A stretch of 55,819 nt of DNA. It comes from Perkinsus chesapeaki ATCC PRA-425. Lineage: Eukaryota; Protista; Perkinsozoa. The notes beneath the pieces are model-generated. The model searched no databases. It was not told the origin of the DNA and saw nothing but the letters and a program-made list of their open reading frames with translations. The position numbers and the translations under genes were made by a program. Numbering within the stretch: the first letter of the stretch is position 1; each line of letters begins with the position of its first letter. The DNA lies in NCBI GenBank assembly GCA_013115145.1, contig JAAPAO010000189.1, positions 1 through 55,819 on the forward strand, read 5' to 3'. This document shows, piece after piece, positions 24,431 through 34,350 of the stretch.

Positions 24431-24916
24431 TTAATTGGACATATCCTTTTGGACATTAGCGTCCGTAGAGTTGGTTTCGACCTTGCGCAGGTTATCATCC
24501 GATTCTCCGTTGCACCTGGAAAGTAATCGCGGAACATTATTTATGATAAGCTGCAGTTCATCGGTCTTATCATAATGTAACATGGCCGCGAATTGCTGCT
24601 TAGTAAAGTAAAAACCGTGAAAATCTCTGTCCATGACGAAGGGCTGTGGGGCGTCGGCGCATGGGTTATAATGCATAGGGACATCCTTTAAACCACGCTT
24701 GTTCCTCCACCAGGGTGCGAACCATCGCCAGTTGTACTGTTGATACTCCATAGTGGTGTTGTTGGGGATAGTGACCTCATGACGAACGTAAAGCTTCTTC
24801 AAGGAAGAGCCATAACTTATCTCTATGCAGTACTTAGCAGGGAGCTTGTCTAGAAGGCCACCAAAGACGGAGATTATGAGTAGCAGAGGAGATAGGATAC
24901 GAGTAGCAGAAAGCAT
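24431..24916 (-). CDS. Secreted hypothetical protein, paralog B (161 aa)
   Basis: Same ORF as 20877-21362 at offset 3554; I saw 4 nucleotide differences, one non-synonymous (V14I). Confidence 0.75.
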   Translation of the reverse strand: MLSATRILSPLLLIISVFGGLLDKLPAKYCIEISYGSSLKKLYVRHEVTIPNNTTMEYQQYNWRWFAPWWRNKRGLKDVPMHYNPCADAPQPFVMDRDFHGFYFTKQQFAAMLHYDKTDELQLIINNVPRLLSRCNGESDDNLRKVETNSTDANVQKDMSN

Positions 24917-26071
24917 CGTTAACAAAGCCTATCACTGACAACAAGTGTAGTCCAATAGCTCTACGAAACTTCACAGCAAAGCTGGCTAAATACTGCCATA
25001 GTGTATCGTAGGAATTCAGAAGAGACGATCACGTTGGATTGGCCGTGACGCTCTCGAAGTGACGTGTAATCCAACTTGTGCTGGCGGCGCCAGTAGCGCC
25101 GCCAGATGGATAATGCCCTACACATAGTATTTACAGAGCATCTCGACACCGATATGAGTCTTAGAGTACCTTGTAACTCACAAGTTGTAAGATCCAAGGT
25201 AATAGAAATCAAGATACAGTTGGAGGAAGCGTGTTGCGTGGCTTCCGAGGTGTTGCCCGAAGCCTTTCAATGCCCCCCAATGTGAAACTTTGCCCTTGTG
25301 TGCATGCCGCACGTTGTGCTCCACGCGCCGTCACATATAGGTTGTTGGCATGCCTTACTTATTTTAATGACGCTCATGCTAGCAAATTGTCTTAGAAAGG
25401 TCTACCTAAACCAGGGTTCAGAAGCTTGTCTTTGCCTTGCCGAGAATACACGCCTTGCGGTATTGTATTTTTTTAAATCCAACCGATGGCTCCACTGGAG
25501 GCCTGTTGCTCCAGGTCGATCTCATAGTAACCCAACACTATCTTCTTAAGTGATAATGACGATAACAATTGAGGGATCAAAGGGAAAAGGAGTTATTCTA
25601 TTCTAACAAACTAATCTATGTACTTGCATGCCCTTTAGCTACAAATGGGAAGAAGTAAGTACAAGTAAACAAGTTGGAATCCGCGCACAGCAGCAGGCCT
25701 GTGACGCGCCATCGCCGCACCGGAGCGGGCCAAGGGCGCCGCGCCACCCCAATGAATCGACACGTCGGTCATGCTATGATTTAGAGTTACACTGCAAAGC
25801 CGATGCCCCACGGGTACCTTGTATTGTTCCTGAACGATGCGACGACTAGCGGTAAGAGTGTTCCTCCGGTCCACGAGTGGGCGCTCGCTTTCCAATGTTA
25901 TCCTCCTTACGGAGGCACTTGCACGTGCGTTTGCCTTGCACGATTCGAACTAGCTGAAGATTGTGTGCCTTGTTTTTATTAATCATCTTCCATACATATT
26001 TTATTTCGCTTCGTTATGTTTATGCTTATCACTTTTCAAACTCAATCACTTCAATGCATCCGAAACATGCG

Positions 26072-26698
26072 TCACTTATCATCAAATTTAACACTTGTAT
26101 CAAAAATAGGATTCTCAAGCATTCGTTTCATCTTATCACAATTCAACGCACTTTGTCGCTTTCTCAATAACGCAGCAAGACTCTCCATAATGCCATCAGA
26201 TAATGACATCTTGCTCTCTTGCAGTTTCTCAACGCATTCTGCAAAGCCCATGAGCTTCTCATCTGTAAGACTCTCTCCTTTACCAATTAATCTTCTAATC
26301 GCAGCCTCGGCCAGATCCCATTTGCCATCATTCGTAGCGGACTTCACTATATAAAGTAGAGTCGCAGCAGACAAGCCATGAAGGTTATCCTCTTTCGATA
26401 GTTCTTTATCTAGCCAGTCATTGAGGTCGACGTATCGTTTTAAAAAAGATGCATTATTAACACCAGTCCAAGCAGTGCTGATGGTTGTGGGGGTGAACTT
26501 GCATCTTGACGACCCGAGTTCGATTCCTTGCGCTTGTATTTTATCCCAGAACGTGGGGTCCTGTATTTTCATATTAACAGCCTCGGTTATCAAATCAACT
26601 ATGTGCTGGCATGATGATGAACGAATCGAGACATCTACTCGGCGAGGTAATTCGGAAACTTTTAGACCGAAACGAACCGCAGTTGAGGAACGTGACAT
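26072..26698 (-). CDS. Intronless helical hypothetical protein (208 aa), possibly organelle-targeted
   Basis: Uninterrupted ATG-to-stop ORF; R/S-rich N-terminus; amphipathic helical composition. Confidence 0.65.
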   Translation of the reverse strand: MSRSSTAVRFGLKVSELPRRVDVSIRSSSCQHIVDLITEAVNMKIQDPTFWDKIQAQGIELGSSRCKFTPTTISTAWTGVNNASFLKRYVDLNDWLDKELSKEDNLHGLSAATLLYIVKSATNDGKWDLAEAAIRRLIGKGESLTDEKLMGFAECVEKLQESKMSLSDGIMESLAALLRKRQSALNCDKMKRMLENPIFDTSVKFDDK

Positions 26699-26766
26699 AT
26701 GGAAAATAGTGGTGCCAGAAATCTTGGAAGAACAGTGACCGGTTTGTGAATGTTGGCTAAGATCAG

Positions 26767-27829
26767 GTGCAAGAGGGAATGTCTTTACCCATAGAAGAAC
26801 ACAAATCCACTATGGTCACGAGAAGTCTCTTGATAAATTATTATCGATCACGTAATCGATTTGAGGAAGAGTCGATAAAACCAAATCCCCATTCGGTTTG
26901 TCGTTGTCGAAATATCTTTCGAGAGCAGCTTCTTCTCCACCACAAATACCCCCAGCAATATGCCGCGCAACTGCCAAAGGAGAATTCCCGCGCGCCACAA
27001 AATTATGTTATTCTTACCAACGCGCGACTGGCGGGTTTGTTCTGTCGCGGCGACCAAAACTTTGACATCGAATTCATCTGCGAGACCCCAGGGTGGATAG
27101 AAAAGCCAGAGACCTTCAATCACAACAATTCTGAAACAACAATTTATCAGAAGGAGGCTACAAGGCAGTATTAACTGCTCTGCGATCGTTGGCATTCAAG
27201 CAGACTCAAGGAGAGTCGGAATTTGGCACGGGAACAAAACATGACCATTCAGTTACATGTCTATCCACTGAAGTTCTGAGTGAGCAATGCGATCAATGGG
27301 AAAATAGCCGTTCAATTCGGACGAGGAATTTCATCGTGGAAAGAAGGACGAAATTCCGGAATCGCTCGGACAAATTTTCCATGATTTTTTGGAAATTTTC
27401 CTTTCTTACTTGTGATTTTTCCTCACTTTAATTTTTCCTTCCTCTGGATCATGTACGCCGTGATCGAACTCTGGACAATCGACACTCTGAAAAATTGAGA
27501 ATATCTTTCACCTCCACAAAGCGTAGCATTTAGCCTTGAAACGTATTCTGGCGAGATATTTTTTCTAAATTCGGATGAGATTTTCCGATTTGCGGCATCG
27601 ATTCGGGAAGGAAATTTCTGAGGCAAGTTGCCTAAGATGGAGAGATTTACTGAAGGCAATCACTTCACAGCCCGAACAAAGCGGAAATGCAACGAACTCG
27701 CTGGGCTCAGAACAGATCGAGAAAATACTATCAATTCTCAATGAAAACATGATATCCTTTGCGGATGAATATTATAACGCTTGCAGAAAAGTAGTAGAGA
27801 CGATTCTATCAAATGATATACGATGTTAA
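26767..27829 (+). CDS. Multi-exon hypothetical protein
   Basis: ORF 26767-27174 and terminal exon ...RFSDLRHRFGKEISEASCLRWRDLLKAI...ILSNDIRC*; joins unresolved. Confidence 0.4.
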
Positions 27830-28059
27830 CCTATTCTCATGTTTCAGCGTCTGTGTGTGGCTCACCGGACTTTATAGATCCTTGCGAACATCCGACATTT
27901 AATAATGCTACGACAGTGCTTTGAGACTGTATAGGTATATAACCACCTCGAGTTGAGATTGCGAACAATTAACACTATCCAACTGTATTCTTTTAAAAGT
28001 GCCTTGAAGCACTTCAAGTAGTATACCAGATATATCTTTGTGTGTTTTCACGGCCATTC

Positions 28060-28747
28060 AACTCAGTACGACTATCACAATCGATGTGCTTCAGTTACCT
28101 CCAGCGTTAAATTTAAAATACTTCGACGAAACATTTACCAGAACAATATCCTTGGAAAATTTTTGATAAAATTTCCAACTGCGCTTACGTCATCATTTTT
28201 GAGTCTTCTTAAGCAATCAGTGAAAGCATCTTTATCGAAGGTCCAATGTGCTCCGCGGTATCTAAAAAGTCGCCGGTTCGATTCCTACAGTCGTCATTTT
28301 TATGATCGTAAAATATTTCACTGCACCTAAATAACTTGTTTGAAGAATATTTGAATTATCGCGAGGTCGACTTTTCATGTAAGAGAGCGTCTTCTAAGTG
28401 AAACGGTTAAGTAAATCGAACACAGGCGACTCGGGCGATATGTGATCATTTCCTTACCTTCTGGCTTTCACAGGATCGGGCATTTTTGTATCCAAATAGT
28501 GGCGGGTGAAATGGAAACCATCGAGTGGGACTAGGACCGCTGAAAAACGTATCTTTTCGCACTATGAAGGTTTTGGGAACTTACCGATATCACTTGAAGA
28601 ATCCTTGTTGATGCGATTTACCAAGTCTTTTCCGATAAAACTTTTCCCAGCTCCGGGAGCACCAACTACTCCGACTATCAAGCGTGTCTTTGACGAGCTT
28701 AAAAGATACTTTTCAAGGTCGAAAATTGACACCTGCGCGCCTGACAT
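28060..28747 (-). CDS. P-loop kinase of the uridine kinase/YggC (Yfr007w-like) family; 3' end not found
   Basis: Spliced (introns 28584-28540, 28457-28262): ...LIVGVVGAPGAGKS...IAVLVPLDGFHFTRHYLD...DPVKARRYRGAHWTFD...; shows Walker A, P(M/L)DGFH and RGA..TFD family motifs. Confidence 0.8.
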
Positions 28748-28894
28748 CTGCCAACTGTTCTGACAGAACTTCGGTTGGTTGAGGGAAATACAAGTGATAG
28801 CAAGATTGCAAGTTCTTTGGCATGCGTGCCAGTTGGCCTATATTGTATCTTGCACGCTTCAACCTAAGATATGCTTCTAGTTGCACACTCCAAT

Positions 28895-30534
28895 ATGAGA
28901 TTTTTCGTCCTTATCCCCTTCATCGCATCAGCTGCTGCTAGAATGGTACTCGAAGGGAATTTCGTGGCGCAGTGAAAATGCATCTTCCCACCTATTTGAA
29001 ATAACTGTCGGTTTGTTGATAAAAGAATAAAGCTTATTTTTCAATTTGTATTTCGCGCTTAGTTAATATAAGCAGTTTATCGCCATTCGCCAGACAGGCA
29101 GGATATTCTTTTAAAATAACAATTCGGAAAAATGCAAAAATTTCGAAGGAAACTTTTAAGGCAACGACTATCGAGTTTAAACCCTCATTGACGGAGGATC
29201 TGAAAGATTGGTAGGGAAGCTTGTTCACGAAGGCATGGTTTTAAAAGATACTTTTATCCATCGAAATATGAAATAATAGTTTCAATTAAATTTGCAATGA
29301 GTGCTGCTTATGTTCGACCTCGTAAAATATCTTTTCTTTTCAGATCAGCGATGAAGAGTTCGTGATTGAGGACCCGTAAGTATCTTTGTGCACTGCCAAG
29401 GTTTTTATTGTTACGTTTTAGGTACGAAGACTTAGGCGGTGAAATTGATGTAACGATATCTTGGGTTGAACCATGCAGGATACGTTTGAGGTTAAATTGA
29501 TGATTACTGTGTTGTATAGAGTTAGGAGTGGTAGAATATATTATGTTGTATTGCTAAACAACTCACTTTCGCGAAATCTCGTATTTTTAATGAGGGTAAC
29601 AAGTCGAATAATCCCAGATACTTGAAATGGATTATTTTCCTGCAGAGGTTGAAGCAGGTATTTCGTATCTCAAAAGATTCCCTTTTCAGGACATTCACAC
29701 CAGAAGTGATGAGTCTTATGAAAGAGAATTCAAGAGTTTCGATTCTAATAATGATGGTGGTATCGACGCACAGGAAGTGCGAGCTCTTTACAGGGGTTAT
29801 ATGGACCAAGCTGATCTATTCAAGTAAGATATTCCTCCAGGCATAAAGCTGGAAATATTTTACAAATTATTAATATATCTTTATACGCCCATGGCATGTT
29901 TTACTTGTTAAATGTTTCTTTCGCCCTTTCTTGTAGTAGTTTTTATTTCATTGGATTTAAATCATTAAATAAAAACTTCTGATTCAAAGCAGTGTTTTCT
30001 GTGACGGGAAGGCTGGGATCGAACAAAGAAGAAGAACTCGTTTGTCTTAAGGGATATAAGTTGAAGAATTTTTATTTTTTAATTTTAACAAAGGTAAAGT
30101 ATAACGCAGTTGTTACTGATGCAACTCTTATTACTAATCACGCTTTACTGGTACAGCTGTTAAAAACTTGATAGTTGTGACTGTGCATTAGTGGTGGATA
30201 GCACCGCCCGATACATCAGTTATGTAATGTATGGCGGCTTGGGTGGAAGCACGGGGAGGCTGTTCTTTTAAACGAGAGACAGGGTCCCTTGTCCGGAATA
30301 TGCTCCTCGGGAATAAAATGAAATTTGTACTAGCGCAAAAGGGAAGATGAAATTCAATCCCTATGGGAACGGTTGGCGTTTATTTATAACTTCTGGTGTA
30401 GAATCGTAGGATCTTTAATTCAGACGATCCAAGCTGTAAAACAGGTCTCTGGTAGGTTCTTCGGTGAAGCAGATAAGAACGAGGACGGCCTTGTGGACCT
30501 TGACGAGTACAAAGCGTACACGAAATCTCTTTAA
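28895..30534 (+). CDS. Small secreted two-EF-hand calcium-binding protein, multi-exon
   Basis: Signal MRFFVLIPFIASAAARM; EF loops DSNNDGGIDAQE and DKNEDGLVDLDE; last junction LFK|FFGEAD is in frame. Confidence 0.8.
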
Positions 30535-30628
30535 GGACACATTTCGATCAATTTTCTTTTTTCTGTAAAATTTCGTGTTTTGAGTTCAATTGAAATCTTC
30601 GCGGTGCGAAAAGATACTCAGTGGCAGT

Positions 30629-33255
30629 ATGAGAGTTTCCCGGAGGATATTTCGTGGCGCGGTGACTTTTGGAGGAGTTGACGTCTCTGTTGGGGTTACT
30701 GAGAGGCTGCCGAATGCGCTACCGGTTTTGGATAAATGTGAGGTAATAAAAGCATCTTGGGTTGAAGCATGCAAGATAGAAGATAGCTTATTTGTAGTTC
30801 CCACATAGTCCGTTTGATAATGTTATACAAGAAATAGACTCACAAGAGGATATCCGGGTTGTGCCGAAGTACGTGAGGAAAATAATGGCGATGAGCAGGC
30901 GGAAAAAAACGGAATTTAAAGAAGGAAAGTATTCCAGTAATATTTACGTGCAGGAGGTATTGAACTAGGGATCGTTCGGTTGGCAGGCGAAAGCTCTACC
31001 ACTGCGATAGGCAATACTTCTTATTTGTCATTCACTCTTTGTAAGGCGGGATCCTCAACGAAAGCGGCAATTATGAAGATTTCGGATAGAAGTGGAATCC
31101 CTCAGGAAGATTTTGTAATCAAATCACCCGGGATCGAATCCCGGGCAGGGCTTCTCAGATATTAACGAATAAAACGGGACCGTTCGCTCTCACCAGTCAG
31201 CGCGTTTCGGTCCGATCGACCCATCTAGCAAGGTTAAGAGAACTGGAATTGAATCAAGAGTAAATCTTGCAATCTTGCATTTCCTCAATGCCACTCTCTC
31301 AGCTTTACTGAAGGTGTAGGAGTAACAGAAATAAAAGATTTCCCGGAAAATATTTCGCCACATTCGATGCACGTTGGAAATTCATTCCGATTCCGCTATC
31401 GGCATGCCGACCAGTATCGGGAGGAGACAGCTCGACAGGCTGTGGAGAACATAAAGGAGAATGGTGTTATCAATTACTATACGGCGGAGAGGTAATAAAG
31501 GAAAAATTTCCGGTTTTTGGCGGAAAATTTTCATCACTTTTACCGGATTTTCCCAAAGATAAACTCGCTCCGGGGTAAAAGCCTTCATCGTTCGCAAAGA
31601 TGATTAAAATAAAAAATAGTTTTTCGTTGGGTTCTATAAATTTCCAGGCAGTTAAGTGGATTCTCTCAAATGAATCCAACGCCGTTAAGACGTGAAGGAA
31701 CAACTCATCCGGTTTAAATATCTTGCTCGAATTAATGTCGTTTTTCTAGATTTCCCATGAATTCGCATCTGATAGGCGCCGCGATAGAACAGGGAAATTA
31801 CGGCGAGGGAATAAAAGTGTTGGTGGATTGGTTTCGATCAACATCACCTATCGAGGAAGTGAAAGAAGCAGCCGAGGAGTAGTCGAAAGGTCCCGGGTTC
31901 GATTCCCGGCTAGGATATTTTTAGGTATATTTTTTCTGGAGATTCTGACGCAGCTATCGGGATTTTACACCGGGCAGGAGTGCACACGAAATCTGGTTTA
32001 TTGCAATTGATGGAATTATTGAACGAATCGACTGGAAATAATGCATTTGAAGGCGCGTTGAGGAGCTTTATGGAAGGGCGGCTGTGGGAAATAAGTGTTA
32101 ACCAGGCCAGTCCGTCATGGCGGTGAGTTGCTATCCTGTTCGCCCGGGTTCGATTACTGGTGGTTGCGTTTTAGGTGGAATATGGCCGCTTCCAAGCGGA
32201 TCGGTAAAAGTGTGGAAATTGAAGTTGGTGATGTAGTTTTGGATGAAGGGTGATAATTTGAGGAATTTCGGAAGTTTCAGAATGTTCCCTATAAATTAAT
32301 GTTATTTGTTTTCCCAATATTTGTCGGAGAATCTAAGAAAATCGGATCCAGATATTTCAAAAAATAGCGAAAAAGATAAGATTGCAGAAGTGCCGCGCTT
32401 AAGCAAGTACAAAGTGTACACCACGAAGAAGACGGAATTCCTGCTTCATTTCCTGGCTTTTCAGACGCCTCCGAAAAGTGACTCCTTGCATGGTTGGCCG
32501 ATTCTCCCTGTCGTCTTTGATGCTCCCGAGGGAAACACCGATCGGTAAAGAAATTGAATTGGGAACTTTGCAAGGGACTGATGAGATCGATGAACGGTTC
32601 GTTAATGAAGTTTGGACTGACGGGCTGGTTGAGGATGAGGCGGAGTTCTTCCTGGCGACAGATGCGAGATTTAGAGGAAAAATTAGATATAGTGAGTTGT
32701 TCGGCATTTACTGTTCTGGCTGGGAAAACAGGGGAATTTTGGGGAAGGAATAAAATGGGAAATTGAAAGAATAAAAAAAGGGAAAATTTAGGTAACAATT
32801 GCCAAGAAGGTTTGGTGGATGATCATAGCGGATTGAGTATAACTACTTTTAACAAACTAGAGACAGGGAAGTTTGGCAACCTTGTTGGATATCGTGAAAC
32901 CTATCAGTTTTCATTGTCATTCGGGTTGTGCTGAAATCCATACCAGCGGTGGTCCGAAAAAAATTCATTTTCTTCGGACTAACCAGATTTGATGGATTCG
33001 ATTTGGAAGTCGAACTTCTAAGAATTCCACCCGTCGGTTGGGTGGGGTCAACTGGTTGGGCAGCAGCATTGCATGAAAATTTCAGGACGGTTAGTAGCGA
33101 AACCGTGGGACGTGAATCTTACCTACGAGCTGCTCCCAACGCGTGACGTGACGCCGCCAAAGAGAAATGCGCTGCTTGAATTCAAACTGCCAGCGGGATC
33201 ATCTGGATCGATTGTTCATAAGGCTTTGACGGGGGAAGGCATGAAACGGTTGTGA
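30629..33255 (+). CDS. Pus7/TruD-family pseudouridine synthase homolog, apparently lacking the catalytic Asp
   Basis: Spliced motifs in correct order: DVSVGVTE, YLSFTLCK, FALTSQRVSV, GNSF, IKENGVINYYTAERF, SHLIG, WNMAASKRI..VGDVVL, RLVAKP, LLEFKLPAGS. Confidence 0.85.
30937..31010 (-). other. Antisense tRNA-like sequence forming a 74-nt intron of the Pus7-like gene
   Basis: Reverse complement: CTATCGCAGTGGTAGAGCTTTCGCCTGCCAACCGAACGATCCCTAGTTCAATACC (D-arm, GCC loop, degenerate T-arm); GT at 30937, AG at 31010; removal is in frame. Confidence 0.75.
31879..31924 (+). other. 46-nt intron consisting of a tRNA 3' half plus T-tract
   Basis: GTAGTCGAAAGGTCCCGGGTTCGATTCCCGGCTAGGATATTTTTAG; perfect T-arm CCGGG-TTCGATT-CCCGG; removal joins KEAAEE|YIFSGD. 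Confidence 0.85.
32123..32174 (+). other. 52-nt intron with degenerate tRNA T-arm plus T-tract
   Basis: GTGAGTTGCTATCCTGTTCGCCCGGGTTCGATTACTGGTGGTTGCGTTTTAG; removal joins SPSWR|WNMAASKRI. Confidence 0.75.
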
Positions 33256-34350
33256 TAGAATAGTTTGTGCATGCGTGCAGATTACTAAGTGGTGTTTCTG
33301 ATACCGTTTCTTGTATGGTTGTTATTTTTGCGTTGTTGAAGTAAATTAACGAAATTTCGCCGTGGAAAGTTCCTCATTTTTCGGAGTCTCTTAGGTGAAT
33401 ATTTTTCGGGGTGATCTTTGGAAATTTTCGTTCCATTAGGTTGGGGCTGAAGCTCTAATAAATAGAAGGGATTGGTGTTTGCTTCTTCTTGAAGGTTCTA
33501 CGGGAGGTTTTCTGGCAGTGCTTTGTATCCTGCTTCCTGCAAAGAGGGAGAGGTATCGAAGCAGTCGTGTCACAGTTGGTTAGTAGTAGTTGTGTTAGCT
33601 GATTGTGAGTAGATGTGATTTACATTGCACATTTCGTTACACTTGAGCATGGGCGACTATCTGTCGGGCTGTCTATGATGACAATGAAGATAGAGAAGAC
33701 AAGATGTTCACATCTACTTCATTCGATTATTAATTATGTACAAGAGTCACGCGAACGATAAGGCAAAGATGTGCACACAATTGGTATCTTTCATTGTGCG
33801 CGCGCTGTCTCCTTTTCCTTAGCCTAGCGCAACCACTATTATTGTATGTATTAATACTTCATTAGAACCACCTTAAACGACTCTTGTTGAGTTGTTGTTC
33901 AATCTACAGGCGATAAGGCAGCAATGATGATCTCAAGCAGATCACTGGGAGCCACGGTCCTTCCTATATTAGACACTAACGCAATACCACGAAATAGCAC
34001 TAACTGGATCTAGGTCTTTGACTGTTCATCAACACGAACAAGATAATTTATTAACCGACCGAAGCGACAGAATAATACGACGACACTGGCGAGACGAACC
34101 GCGTAAAGGCGGACTTGATAGACTCGGGAGCAGAGCATTTTATTAGTGAAACTAATATAAATCGTAAGGGTGGATAATATCATTCCGCCAGCTTCCGAGG
34201 TATATGGTTCTTTGATCACCCAAGTGATACCTTGCAAGGTGGCATTCAGCCTCAGACAGAGGCTAGTGAATCAAGAAGTATTCTTCGATGGAGATATGCA
34301 ATATCTTTTATAGAGAAGAAATGAACATCAATTGCATCTTCCTTGCTAAC

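Larger units (their letters stand above)
20600..25150. repeat. Direct segmental duplication (copy A ~20600-21710, copy B ~23820-25150)
   Basis: Near-identical core 20764-21362 = 24318-24916; flanks visibly homologous but much more diverged, with indels. Confidence 0.85.

Noticed and set aside
16786-30662. 12-mer ATTTCGTGGCGC occurring three times
   Set aside because: One copy is coding; a 12-mer triple is near chance expectation for a window this size.
34010-34237. RNase H-like CSRVYQVRLYAV fragment
   Set aside because: Catalytic DGS motif absent; similarity too weak to call.
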